The translations under genes and the position numbers were made by a program. A model generated the notes under the pieces. That model had not been told where the DNA came from and did not search any database. It saw only the letters and a program-made list of their open reading frames with translations. 64,000 bases of DNA, from the NCBI GenBank assembly GCA_045106895.1, contig JBGCFM010000062.1:1-64000 (forward strand), given 5' to 3'. This document shows positions 45,029 through 55,229 of the stretch, piece by piece (within the stretch, counting starts at the first letter, position 1; every line of letters starts with the position of its first letter). The DNA is from Polyangiales bacterium. GTDB taxonomy: Bacteria; Myxococcota_A; Polyangia; Polyangiales; Houyiibacteriaceae.

Positions 45029-46935
45029 ATACTTGCACCGTTTCCGCGACGCCGCCTTTTCGAACGACGCGAAGACCAAACGAGCTCCGCAGACACCAAG
45101 AGGACAACAAGCAGCGCGAGCCACTTCGTGATCTCGTGGGAGTCCCGGGCGGACGTCGCCGTCGCCTCTTCACCCCCGCGGACCGTCAGCGTCATTCGAG
45201 CGCGGGCGTCGCTCTCCTTCGCGTCGACTAAGTTTCGAACGGCGATGCGTTGGCCAAGTTCGTCGTTCACGCGAAAGAGCCCCGGGCGTGCCGCGACGTC
45301 CACGATGGCGACGCCGCCGCGGGGCGTAACACTCGCCTGTGCGCGCGAACTTTCCACCCGAACATCCCCGTCGACGCGGGCCGGAATCTGCAAAGGCTGA
45401 CCGAGCGAACCAGGAGGAATGCCCCCCGCTGCGCGACGATCCCGGGCGCGCTCGAGAAGGTTGCGGAAGAAGATGACGAAGGAAGCCTCGCGTGGCCAGG
45501 TTCCGTCCGATGGGTCAAACGCGAGGAGCGTCGTCTCCCCCGTCGGACGCGAGAGCGTCGAGGCGACGTCACCGTGCTGCGCGCTGATGAGGACGTCCCC
45601 GCCGACAACGCTGCGGCTACGACCGAGTAGGACGTCTCCCAGATCGAGGAAGCGCAAGCGTGGATCTTCGTCGCGCCACGTCACGATGCGCGGCGCTTCG
45701 ACCTCTTCGCCTAGCTCGAACTCAAAGACACGTTCGCCTTCGGGGTCGATCACCCACGAGTCCCCAGGGGGTGGAGCCGAGGGTACCGCGCCGCTGTACA
45801 CGTGAAGGGCGCCAGGCGCTTCGAGGGCCGCTGCCTCGAGGGTGTCCAGGTCCGCTTGAAAGAGCTCGATGGCAGCGTCTGAACGGAGCACACGCCGGAG
45901 GGGAGCCGGGGCGCTGCCCACCAGAATGACGGGAAGGCGTCTGCTGCCCGGCGTGGAAACGAAGACCTCGTCATCCAGCGAGAGCGCGTCCGTCCAGGCG
46001 CCCGTCGCTCCGCCGAGCTTGATGTGGAGCACCGGCGCTGACAGACCATCTGCGTCGGTGGGACGCTCGATGGTGAGCTGGATAGACTCCGTGCCCTCCG
46101 CGGGGACGGTGACTCGACGTGAACTGAGATCCCTTCCGGTGGACGGATCACTCACGGTGACGAACGCGACCTCTTCGACCGTGGACGTGCTCAGGAGCCG
46201 CACGAAGACCTCGTCGCGTTCGTCCCGGTCCGACGAGGCGCGTACGTCCGCGTCAACAATGGCCAGGTTACGAACTTCTTCACCGCCAAGCTTGATGAAC
46301 TCGACTTCCACGTCGGCGGTGACGTTCAGCTCTCCGTCCATCGCGGCATCGGAGATAATGACCAGGCGCGAAGCGCCGGGCGCATCCCGGAGACGTTCGC
46401 TCGCCAAGTCCAGCGCTCCGCTGAGGTCACATCCCGCGCTCGACACTCCGACTCCGTCGATGGCGCGTTCAAGCGCCCGCGCGTCGTGGGACGGAAGCGC
46501 CTGCACGACCGGGACCTCTCCGGCTTCGATGAGGACCATTTGGGCGCCGGGTCCGAGACTCGAACTCAGCGCGTAGAGCGCCTCCTGCGCGCGCTCCATG
46601 CGGGTATCTTCTTCGCCAGCGTCGCGCGTTGCCATCGATGCCGAGGTGTCGACGACAACGCAGAGCCAGGCGCTGCTCAGGACTTCACCGCCGAAGGTGG
46701 GCCGGCTGAGCGCGAGGGCGCCGGCGCACACGGCCAGCACCTGGAGGACCAAGCTCATGTGAGGCAGCAGACGCCGAAACGGGCGGTCCGCCTGCATGTC
46801 TCGAAGCGCCTGAGACCAGAGCAAGGTCGATGGAACCTGAAGGTTCTCCCGGCGTCTCTTCAGAACGTAGAGCAGCACCAAGGGCATCAGGAGGCCAAGC
46901 CAGGCCAGGTTCCACGGGGAAAGAAACGTCATCAC
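45025..46935 (-). CDS. BatA-domain + VWA membrane protein
   Basis: FLSPW...PLVLLYVLK...VPSTLLW, ALSRP, VVDTSASM, ISD; C-terminal TM. Confidence 0.88.
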   Translation of the reverse strand: MMTFLSPWNLAWLGLLMPLVLLYVLKRRRENLQVPSTLLWSQALRDMQADRPFRRLLPHMSLVLQVLAVCAGALALSRPTFGGEVLSSAWLCVVVDTSASMATRDAGEEDTRMERAQEALYALSSSLGPGAQMVLIEAGEVPVVQALPSHDARALERAIDGVGVSSAGCDLSGALDLASERLRDAPGASRLVIISDAAMDGELNVTADVEVEFIKLGGEEVRNLAIVDADVRASSDRDERDEVFVRLLSTSTVEEVAFVTVSDPSTGRDLSSRRVTVPAEGTESIQLTIERPTDADGLSAPVLHIKLGGATGAWTDALSLDDEVFVSTPGSRRLPVILVGSAPAPLRRVLRSDAAIELFQADLDTLEAAALEAPGALHVYSGAVPSAPPPGDSWVIDPEGERVFEFELGEEVEAPRIVTWRDEDPRLRFLDLGDVLLGRSRSVVGGDVLISAQHGDVASTLSRPTGETTLLAFDPSDGTWPREASFVIFFRNLLERARDRRAAGGIPPGSLGQPLQIPARVDGDVRVESSRAQASVTPRGGVAIVDVAARPGLFRVNDELGQRIAVRNLVDAKESDARARMTLTVRGGEEATATSARDSHEITKWLALLVVLLVSAELVWSSRRSKRRRRGNGASI

Positions 46936-47795
46936 GCCCGCAAGTAGTCCGTCAAGAGCGTCTCGAAGGCCGCGTGCCCGACCAAACGCGCGTAGCGCAC
47001 GCCACGTTTTCGCGCATACGATTCAAGCCCGTCCAAGAAGGCACAGAGCCGAGCGTCGTACGCATCAAGAACGTGCGGGTCCATGGACAAGTCGACGTAG
47101 GCGCCGGTCTCCGAATCGACGAATCGATGGTCTCCGTCGAGCGTCGGCGCGACCTCTTCTTCGCTCAGAACATGAAAAAGCGCAGGCTCAAAACGAGAGG
47201 CGAGGAGCCTGTCGACGGGCGTCTCATATCCGGCGGGGTCCAAAAAATCGCTCAGGATCATGACCAGCCCGGGTCGCATGCGTCGCGCGATCATCGCCTC
47301 GACGCACGCGCCGAGATCCGTCTCGCCGTCCGCCCTGATGTTCTCCAAGAAACGAAACGTGGAACCGACGCGACCCCGGCCGCGAGCAGGCGCCGATGCA
47401 GCGGCGGCCTTTGCTGCCCAAGGGATCACGCTCACTCTTTCGCTTCCGCAGAGCGCCACGTACGAGAGGGCCGCAGCGAGTCGCTGCGCCATCACCAGCT
47501 TCGATGGATCGCCAAAGCCCATCGAGGCGGAAGAATCAACGAGGAGGTAAATGCGCAGGTCTTCCTCCGCCACGTAGAGCCTAAGAACGAGTTCCTCGAG
47601 TCGGGCGTAGGCGTTCCAGTCGATACGCCGAATATCGTCCCCGGCGGAGTACGCGCGGTGGTCCGCAAACTCCACCGACGCGCCTCGACGAAGCGACGCG
47701 CGCGCACCTCCCGACGCGCCGGCAAAGCGGCGCCTCGCGGCGAGACGGAGTCGCTCCAGGCGGCGAAGAAACTCGGGGTCGAGAAGCGAGCTCAC
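46932..47795 (-). CDS. DUF58 domain protein
   Basis: GASVEFADHRAYSAGDDIRRIDWNAYAR, DSSASM, LSDF. Confidence 0.95.
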   Translation of the reverse strand: MSSLLDPEFLRRLERLRLAARRRFAGASGGARASLRRGASVEFADHRAYSAGDDIRRIDWNAYARLEELVLRLYVAEEDLRIYLLVDSSASMGFGDPSKLVMAQRLAAALSYVALCGSERVSVIPWAAKAAAASAPARGRGRVGSTFRFLENIRADGETDLGACVEAMIARRMRPGLVMILSDFLDPAGYETPVDRLLASRFEPALFHVLSEEEVAPTLDGDHRFVDSETGAYVDLSMDPHVLDAYDARLCAFLDGLESYARKRGVRYARLVGHAAFETLLTDYLRA

Positions 47796-49426
47796 GGCTC
47801 TTGCTCCCCTCCTTTCGCGTCCTTGGGCGGAGCCGCCAGGGCGTTCGAGGGCGGACTCTGGACCCGAGCTGCACGACGCTCTTCGCGACGAGAGTCCCGT
47901 GCCTCAATGGCCTTCATCACGCGTTTGACACGGAACGTCAGGAGCATCGCCGCGAAGACAGCGACGCAGGTGTAGATGCCCATCTCCGCGAGTGCGACCC
48001 CGAGTCCCGTGCGCCCGTTGGACACGCGCTCGCCGGAGATGAAGTGAACGATGGGCGATGCGGCGAGGGCCTCTGAAGGGCCTGAAGAGCGGCCGTCGAT
48101 GGTGATGGACCAGAAAAACGTGACGAGGATGGCGATGACGAAGAAGGCCCCAGCGACGACGCGTGACGCGATGCCGCTACCGAGCCGCACGCGAAGCCAC
48201 GCGCCGACGAAATAGTACGCGATGGCCACGGCAACGGACCCGCAGCCAACGACCAAGAGACCCGTCTGCTCATCGCTATCGGCGCCGTAGCCGATCACTA
48301 GGGAGACGAGCGTGAGCGCCGCGACGGATCCGCCGACAACGACCGTGGCGTAACGTGCCGTCGGGATCGCACCTGGACCAAATACAGAGAGAAGACCGGC
48401 GAAACGCGGAGCTGGGCGGGACGACGCGAGGCGAGGCGGCAGCGGTGGTTCGTTCATCAAGATCGCCGCAAGAAAAATCGCGATCATAAAACCGAGAACC
48501 TGCGCCGCATAGCTGAAGCCAAAGTGGTCGTTCGGCTCGATGACGAAGGCGAGGAGCAAGGACGCGATGAGCGTCTGGCCCAACACCATCACGGCGGTCC
48601 AGACCTTGAGCCGCGTCGAACGGTCCTCCGCCGGCGGCCTTATCGCGGCGATGGCGGTCTCCAAGAAGAACCAAACGCTCATTCCCGCGACGTAGATCGG
48701 AAGGACGAAGACGAGTAGGAAAACGTCGAGCTGAAAAAAGTTCGTGGAGAGAGCCTCGGCGAACCAAAAAGGCCCGGACCCAGACGTGCCCCACTCACGT
48801 TGAGCGAGGAATGCCATGGCTGTAATCATCGACCACAGAAACATCGAAGCCGGCTGAAAGAGCGCTGTGCTCGCGATGATGGCGACACGAGTCGTTCCCA
48901 CGCGCGCGCTCACGGCCACGCCAAAAGCGACGGCCGGTCCGAGGAAGAGGAAGAGCCCGAAGAACCCCCAGAAGACCTGCAGCGGGGATACGCCCCCGAA
49001 GAGGAACGCGATTCCCACAACCGGGGAGAAGGCGATGAGCACCAGCGCGAACACGGCGTAAGTGGCGAGGAACTTTCCCCAGACGATTCGCCGCGGTCTC
49101 ATTCCCGTCAGGATCAAAGACTCGTAGGTTTCTGCTTCGCGCTCCGCCGTGATCACCGTCGACGCCGTCGGCGGTGCGACGAGGCTGACGACGGCGACGG
49201 AGATTCCAAAGAAGAGATGGAAGACGATCTGCCCCACGTCGGACGGCGGGGTATCTCCGGATGCCGCAAGGGCCCCGGACATGAGGACGATGATTCCCAC
49301 GATGCCCGTGGCGACGTAGAGAAAGCGCACGAAGAGTGGCGTGCGGAACGTCGAGAGCAGCTCTTTGACGAGGATCGGGTTTGGGTCCGCGAAGACGCGC
49401 GCGAAGAGCGCTTTGACACCACTCAT
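47792..49426 (-). CDS. ABC-2 type permease, extended
   Basis: NPILVKEL, ITAEREAETYESLILT, IVWGK, FLFGGVSP; more than 10 TM. Confidence 0.85.
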   Translation of the reverse strand: MSGVKALFARVFADPNPILVKELLSTFRTPLFVRFLYVATGIVGIIVLMSGALAASGDTPPSDVGQIVFHLFFGISVAVVSLVAPPTASTVITAEREAETYESLILTGMRPRRIVWGKFLATYAVFALVLIAFSPVVGIAFLFGGVSPLQVFWGFFGLFLFLGPAVAFGVAVSARVGTTRVAIIASTALFQPASMFLWSMITAMAFLAQREWGTSGSGPFWFAEALSTNFFQLDVFLLVFVLPIYVAGMSVWFFLETAIAAIRPPAEDRSTRLKVWTAVMVLGQTLIASLLLAFVIEPNDHFGFSYAAQVLGFMIAIFLAAILMNEPPLPPRLASSRPAPRFAGLLSVFGPGAIPTARYATVVVGGSVAALTLVSLVIGYGADSDEQTGLLVVGCGSVAVAIAYYFVGAWLRVRLGSGIASRVVAGAFFVIAILVTFFWSITIDGRSSGPSEALAASPIVHFISGERVSNGRTGLGVALAEMGIYTCVAVFAAMLLTFRVKRVMKAIEARDSRREERRAARVQSPPSNALAAPPKDAKGGEQEP

Positions 49427-50352
49427 TGGAGTTCTCCGCGCGTCACCTGAAGGAAAATCTGCTCCAGGTCATCACGCTCGGGTTCTACGCGGACAACGGA
49501 AAGGCCCGCACCGATGGCGCCGGCGACGAGGGCGGCGACGGTTTCATCTCCGCCGTGATAGGCGATGCGCAAGAGGCCATCCGGTCCTCGTTCGACGGCG
49601 GTGACATCTGGGTTCGCTGCAAACGCGGACTCGCAAGCGTCGGGGTATTCGAGCAAACGAATGCGCAGCACACGTTCGGGACGCAGCTGCTTTCCGATGG
49701 CGTCGACGGGTCCAGAAGCGAGAAGTCGCCCGCGCTCCAAGATGCCGACGTACGACACCATATCGCTAAGCTCCGTGAGGATGTGGCTCGAGAGGATGAC
49801 GGTTTTTCCAAGACCCTTGAGCTGCTCGATGAGTTCGCGCATTTCGATTCGCGCGCGCGGGTCGAGCCCATTGGCGGGCTCATCGAGGATCAAAACCTTG
49901 GGATCATGGAGGAGGGTCCGCGCGATGGCGAGTCGCTGCTTCATTCCTTTGGACAGCGCCGAGACCTGCCGCGTACGCAGTCCGCCCAGCTCCGTCAGCT
50001 CGACGACGGCCTCCACGCTGCGCGCTCGCGCGCGGATGTCGAGGTCGTAGGCGGCGGCGAAGAACTCAAGGTACTCGATGACCGTCACGCGTTCGTAGAC
50101 GCCGAAACCATCGGGCATGAAGCCCAAGATCTTGCGCACGGCGTCCGGCTCGTCGACGCAGTCATGGCCATCGACGATCACACGCCCTTCCTGCGGCTCC
50201 AGGAGCGTCGCCATCATTCGAAGCGTAGTGGTCTTGCCGGCGCCGTTGGGCCCGATGAAGCCAAAGACCTCACCCTTTGGGATGTGAAACCAGACGTCGT
50301 CGAGAACCTGGGTCGAACCGAAGCGATGCGAAATACCTTCGACATGAATCAT
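49423..50352 (-). CDS. ABC transporter ATP-binding protein
   Basis: GPNGAGKTT, LSKGMKQR, ILDEP, SSH. Confidence 0.96.
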   Translation of the reverse strand: MIHVEGISHRFGSTQVLDDVWFHIPKGEVFGFIGPNGAGKTTTLRMMATLLEPQEGRVIVDGHDCVDEPDAVRKILGFMPDGFGVYERVTVIEYLEFFAAAYDLDIRARARSVEAVVELTELGGLRTRQVSALSKGMKQRLAIARTLLHDPKVLILDEPANGLDPRARIEMRELIEQLKGLGKTVILSSHILTELSDMVSYVGILERGRLLASGPVDAIGKQLRPERVLRIRLLEYPDACESAFAANPDVTAVERGPDGLLRIAYHGGDETVAALVAGAIGAGLSVVRVEPERDDLEQIFLQVTRGELQ

Positions 50353-52274
50353 GGCGACACCTCCGATGGCTGACCGAGGCCGATCGGCGCTCCGGATGAC
50401 ATGGACGACTCCGGGTCGGCGTCGTCGAGGGGACCGGTTCCAATGCGCCAGGCGCTCGGAACTCCACCCGAGATGGGTAGCTCTTGGGCGGGCATCTGCA
50501 CGGATACAAGCGTGGACGAGCTCTCCTCGGAGAAGAGCGCGATGGTTCCGTCGCTCCGGTCGAGGCGTGCAAAGAAGATTGGCGCCGTCGTCCCGGCCAC
50601 GGCCACCAGTCGAAACTGTCCGCCAACAATATCCTCGTGTTCTTCGTCGAAGCCCAGGCTTCGCGCGAGGCCCTCCTCACCGCCCGCGCTCAAGAAGTAG
50701 CTCGGAGTCCGCGGGATCATGGCCGTCTGACCTGGAGCGACATCGCCGATCTCAAACACGCGCCCGCCGTTGCCAACGATGAGACTACCCAAAAGAGGCT
50801 CCTCGCCGCGATTCGTGACGCTTTGAAGCTCTCCATCCTGAAGAGCCAGGTCGACCACGCCGAAGGGGACCACCTCTTCTTCGCGCACAAGCGTCGTCGA
50901 CCAAAGGCTGGACCGTATGCCAGCCAAGGTCTCGTCCCCGGACGGCCCAATGTCGTGGGTGAGCGTCACGCTGGAGTTCCCCGCGAAACGCGTGATGCCA
51001 CTGGATTCGAGGTCAAAGGTCGCCGGACGTGTGGAGTAGAGTCCGTGGTAGGTGCGCCGCATGCCGTGAGACTCGCCGGCGAGGGACTCCACCCAGGTGA
51101 TGCTTCGATGCCGCATCGTCACCCCCTTTCCAATGAAGCCCACGAGGAGCATCAGGACGAGACAGCCGAAGGAGAGAATCGGCGTCGTGATGAGGGCCAA
51201 CGTCGGTTTGCCGCGCTTCTGCACGTAGCGGAAGTTCAGGGGTCCGACGGCGAGCACGTAGATGAGCAAGAGCACGGCCACGAGCCCGAGAGCGGGACGA
51301 AAGCTCGCGTTCGGATCGAGGGCCGCGCGAAGTTCGCGAAACGAGTGCCGCGACTGCCAGTTGTTCGAAGACTCTGCGCCGTAGAGCGGAAGCTGCGGCG
51401 TCACCGTTGGCACGCGCATCACGATTCTTCGCAGGAGGCCTTTGACCCGCTCCGAGCCCACTGAAGAAGGCGCGTTGATGTCCTTGGTGCAGAGCCAGAC
51501 GTAGCCAAAGCCGACCGCTCGGCCGCCGCCAAAATACTCGGGCTGCCAAAGCGCCTCCGTGGAAGTGAGCTCCTCGCCGGACACCCGCACATCCCCGGCG
51601 AGCCTCTGCACGGAAGCCGCCCGCACTTCCTCCGGCGTGCTCGGCGAGATGAGGAGCCGCCCACCCGAGAAGACGTGCTGCCGAAGGGCCTCCAACTGGG
51701 TCTCGTCGAGGCGTTCAAGCTCCCGAACCGTCGCTACAACGAGCGCAACGCCGCGCCACCCTTGAACCCGCCGTGGAACGATGGGGTCCCCGGCTGCGTC
51801 AAAGTCGATGGTGCCCGTCGTGTAGTCAAACGCTTGCCCGCCGTAAGGCTCGTCTCGTGTACCCGTCAGCCCGCTCGTGCTCGCTTGAAGGCGGGGCGGG
51901 TCGGCGAGGATGACGATGCTGTCTGCGTTCCCCCCCTGCCAGTTCTCGGCCTCGCCGATAACCCGCTCGCCCTCGCGCAGGCGCGCTTTCAGAAACCCAT
52001 TCGTGAAACCCGTCTCGAACTGAAACGTCCGGCGGTCGCGAGGTGGCACGTCGGCCCCAATGCGAAAACGCTGCCCACCTGAGGTCTCGTCCACGGAGAG
52101 TTCCAGAGTCCCCCGAATCTCTCGGGATGAACGGTTGATCACATCCACCAACGCGAACGCGCTTCCCTCGATGTTGAAGCCGTTGCGGACGCTGAGCTCG
52201 ACGCCCTGGGCCGACACGAACGATGGGACCAAAGCCACGGCGCAAAAAAGCAGCGCCTGTGTCAATCGCTTCAT
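50349..52274 (-). CDS. Exported protein with GATase1-like domain, central 2-TM hairpin and second soluble domain
   Basis: Signal from ATG 52274; QLEALRQHVFSGGRLLI; IYVLAVGPLNFRY...TTPILS hairpin. Confidence 0.8.
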   Translation of the reverse strand: MKRLTQALLFCAVALVPSFVSAQGVELSVRNGFNIEGSAFALVDVINRSSREIRGTLELSVDETSGGQRFRIGADVPPRDRRTFQFETGFTNGFLKARLREGERVIGEAENWQGGNADSIVILADPPRLQASTSGLTGTRDEPYGGQAFDYTTGTIDFDAAGDPIVPRRVQGWRGVALVVATVRELERLDETQLEALRQHVFSGGRLLISPSTPEEVRAASVQRLAGDVRVSGEELTSTEALWQPEYFGGGRAVGFGYVWLCTKDINAPSSVGSERVKGLLRRIVMRVPTVTPQLPLYGAESSNNWQSRHSFRELRAALDPNASFRPALGLVAVLLLIYVLAVGPLNFRYVQKRGKPTLALITTPILSFGCLVLMLLVGFIGKGVTMRHRSITWVESLAGESHGMRRTYHGLYSTRPATFDLESSGITRFAGNSSVTLTHDIGPSGDETLAGIRSSLWSTTLVREEEVVPFGVVDLALQDGELQSVTNRGEEPLLGSLIVGNGGRVFEIGDVAPGQTAMIPRTPSYFLSAGGEEGLARSLGFDEEHEDIVGGQFRLVAVAGTTAPIFFARLDRSDGTIALFSEESSSTLVSVQMPAQELPISGGVPSAWRIGTGPLDDADPESSMSSGAPIGLGQPSEVSP

Positions 52275-53278
52275 CCGAGTGCCCTCACCCCTTCGGAGCC
52301 GCGCGGAACCTCCGCGGCGATGGCGTCGAGAATACTGTCCGGCTCTACGCCTTCGGCTTCGGCCTCGAAGCTCGGGATAAGGCGATGGCGCAGAGTCGGG
52401 TGAAGGACTCGCGTAATGTCGTCGTACGACACGTGAGCTCGACCTTCGCTCAGAGCCGCGACCTTCGCGCTCAAGAGAAGTCCCTGGGCGCCGCGAACGC
52501 CGGGTCCATAGCGAAGCCACTTCTTGGCGCTGGCGCTGGCGCTGGCGTCCGCCGGGTCGGCGGCACCGATCAGCCGCGCAACGTAACGCACGATAGGCTC
52601 AGCGCAGCGCACCTGACGAACCAGCGCTCTTGCCGCGAGGATCGTGGGACCGTCCATGACCTTTGGCACTTCGTTCTTCTCCGTCCCGGTTGTGCGCTCC
52701 AAGATAGAGACAAGCGTGTTCTCGTCGGGCGAAGGGACGAGCACTTTGAAGAGGAAGCGGTCGAGCTGCGCTTCGGGTAGAGGATAGGTGCCCTCCATCT
52801 CGATGGGGTTTTCCGTCGCGAGGACAAAGAACGGCTGGTCGAGGGCGTGGTGTTCCCCGGCGATGGTCACACTTCCTTCACCCATCGCTTCGAGCAAAGC
52901 CGACTGCGTCTTTGGTGTCGCGCGGTTTACTTCATCGGCCAAGACGATTTGGCCAAAGATAGGCCCGCGCTGAAGCTCGAAGCGTTTTCTCCCCGCATCC
53001 TCGACGACCATCTGCGTCCCGACGATGTCGCTAGGCATGAGGTCCGGCGTGAACTGGATGCGCGAAAAATCGAGGGAGAGGGCCTGCCCCAACGAACGAA
53101 CAAGGAGCGTTTTGCCCAAGCCCGGTGCTCCCTCGAGGAGCACGTGGCCGCCCGCGAAGAGACAGAAGAGCACCTCTTCGACAACCTTCTCTTGGCCCAC
53201 GATGGCCTTCGAGATCGCGTCCTTCAGGGCCGACAAAGTGTGGCCGAAGCCCTCGATATTCGATTCGCTCGTCGTCAT
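52271..53278 (-). CDS. moxR: MoxR family AAA+ ATPase
   Basis: HVLLEGAPGLGKT, RIQFTPDLMPSD, LADEVNRATPKTQSALLEAM, EGTYPLPEAQLDRF. Confidence 0.96.
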   Translation of the reverse strand: MTTSESNIEGFGHTLSALKDAISKAIVGQEKVVEEVLFCLFAGGHVLLEGAPGLGKTLLVRSLGQALSLDFSRIQFTPDLMPSDIVGTQMVVEDAGRKRFELQRGPIFGQIVLADEVNRATPKTQSALLEAMGEGSVTIAGEHHALDQPFFVLATENPIEMEGTYPLPEAQLDRFLFKVLVPSPDENTLVSILERTTGTEKNEVPKVMDGPTILAARALVRQVRCAEPIVRYVARLIGAADPADASASASAKKWLRYGPGVRGAQGLLLSAKVAALSEGRAHVSYDDITRVLHPTLRHRLIPSFEAEAEGVEPDSILDAIAAEVPRGSEGVRALG

Positions 53279-55071
53279 TCTCTTCTCTCTCGTTCGCCGT
53301 GAAAGTACGTGCGTACATGATCTTCGTAGTCGGCCGGAACACGTGAGCGGCCGATGCCGCCTCCCTCGGAAGGTCCAACGGAGCCACCGCCACCGCCACC
53401 TCCGCCGGCGCCCTGGTCCGTCGGTGTGCCTGGGTTGCCCCACTCGATCCATGAGCGTGATGGTGATCCGGCGACCACGCGTGGGCGGACGCGCGCGAGA
53501 GGTCCCTCGCCGCCTCCAAGGGTCTGCGTGCTGCCGCCCGCGTTGCCTTGTCCGCCACCGCCGCCTTGACCACCAGCTCCGGAGCCACCGCCGCCGCCTT
53601 GACCTGCGCCTTGCCCTGCGCCTTGCCCGCCGCCCTGACCGCCCTGCCCTGCGCCCTGACCACCACCTTGTCCGCCGCCCTGCCCACGGCGCGGCACTGG
53701 TATCGTTCCGCCACCGCCTTGGCCGCTCTCGCCGGCGCCACGTTGAAGCTCATCCAAGTGCTCGAGTGATTCTCGGAGCATCCGCTCGTATTCGTCGGCG
53801 CTGAGCGTCTCCGTTCCGGATTCATTTTCTTCCGCGGCGTGACGATTCTCCGCAGCCTGCTGCTGGCGCATCGCTTCGGCCAACTGGCGTCGCTCTTCCG
53901 GCGATAGGCGCGACCACGCTTCCTCCATCGCATCCACCGTCGCTTCATCGAGGTCCGACGCATCCCCGTCGCGCGAGAGACGTTCGAGCTGACGCCCCAG
54001 CTCCCCCTCCATCAACTCGGGCATCGCTTCAGCGAGGCGTCTCGCGAGCGCAGCCTGTTCTTCACGCTGGTCGAGGAGGTTCCGTCGGCGCAGCAAGGAC
54101 TCCGCCAGCTCTTCGTCGCCTGCATCTTGCGCAGCCTCGGCGGCTCGCTCGAGCGCTTGTCGCGCGCGCTCCCGGTCCGCCTCTTCGCGCCTCGCCGCCG
54201 CACGGGTGACCTCCCGATCAAGGTTCTCCAAGTTTCGCTCGCCAAGGGCTTCCGCCATCTCCGGCTCATCCTCAGCCAGCTCCCGAACCGCTTCGTCCAG
54301 AGCCTCCGACTCCGTGCTCTGCGACTGCCGCTCCACACGCTCCAGTTGCTCACGAATCGAGTCCATCGAATCGAGCGCTTCGCGTGGGTCCACGCCTTCG
54401 GCGAGGGCACGCTGAAGCTCCGCGGCCTCCGCGCGAGCCTCCGCCAGCAGCCGACGTGATTCTTCATCCGGCGCCAGCTCTTCCAGTCGTTCGATTCGCT
54501 CAAGGAGCGATGCGTCCTCGATACGAAGTGTGCCTGGTCCCGCCATCGCAACGACCGGGGGTACAGGCACAAACCAGAGCGCAGCGAGCGTTGCCAAAGC
54601 CAGAGGAAACGTCCTTGCCACGACGGGGACGAGCGCTGGGCGTGTCGGCGCGTTTGACTCTCGCAGGAGGTCGAGGGCCTGGTGGACCGTGTGTGAATCG
54701 AAGGGCTGGACCGTTCCACGATGGACGGCGTCCCAAGCGCTCAGGATCGTCTCCTGCGCGCCCAAGCGAGTATCGATGTACGCCACGACGTCCTGCTCCG
54801 TGAGCGAAGTCCGGCGAAGAAGATAGATGCCGATGGTGACGACGACGAGCACGATCAAGATCGGCCAACGCGGGAGGGCAGGCAACGCCATGCCGAGCCA
54901 GAGCCCCACGCAGCCCACGTAGAGCCCAGAGTGGGCGAGAGCCGCGATGCCGTTTCGAAAGACGAACGCGTTGCGGATTCCACGTCCACGGCGGCGAAGC
55001 GCCACAAGCAGGTCTTCGTGTGCAGGCTCGCGCGCCGCGCTTGCGTCTGGGCTGTGGGTTGGCGAGGTCAA
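53275..55071 (-). CDS. Membrane-anchored acidic coiled-coil protein with Gly/Gln-rich tail
   Basis: 3 N-terminal TM; long E/A/R-rich helix; (GQG)n region; terminal VPADYEDHVRTYF. Confidence 0.82.
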   Translation of the reverse strand: MTSPTHSPDASAAREPAHEDLLVALRRRGRGIRNAFVFRNGIAALAHSGLYVGCVGLWLGMALPALPRWPILIVLVVVTIGIYLLRRTSLTEQDVVAYIDTRLGAQETILSAWDAVHRGTVQPFDSHTVHQALDLLRESNAPTRPALVPVVARTFPLALATLAALWFVPVPPVVAMAGPGTLRIEDASLLERIERLEELAPDEESRRLLAEARAEAAELQRALAEGVDPREALDSMDSIREQLERVERQSQSTESEALDEAVRELAEDEPEMAEALGERNLENLDREVTRAAARREEADRERARQALERAAEAAQDAGDEELAESLLRRRNLLDQREEQAALARRLAEAMPELMEGELGRQLERLSRDGDASDLDEATVDAMEEAWSRLSPEERRQLAEAMRQQQAAENRHAAEENESGTETLSADEYERMLRESLEHLDELQRGAGESGQGGGGTIPVPRRGQGGGQGGGQGAGQGGQGGGQGAGQGAGQGGGGGSGAGGQGGGGGQGNAGGSTQTLGGGEGPLARVRPRVVAGSPSRSWIEWGNPGTPTDQGAGGGGGGGGSVGPSEGGGIGRSRVPADYEDHVRTYFHGERERRE

Positions 55072-55140
55072 TCAGGTCTCGGAAGCGTGTGCGCCGGGTC
55101 AACGCACCCGGAGTTTGAAGGTGAGACGCCTGCAGCGGCG

Positions 55141-55163
55141 AGGAAACTTCCGAAAAGTTTCCT
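55141..55163. promoter_or_regulatory. Perfect 9-5-9 inverted repeat upstream of the MoxR operon
   Basis: AGGAAACTT-CCGAA-AAGTTTCCT; no downstream U tract on either strand. Confidence 0.5.
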
Positions 55164-55229
55164 AAAAGAACGTGACCATACCTTCCCGTTTGAGTCACGG
55201 ACCAGCAGATCCCGCGCCCAGAGACCTGT

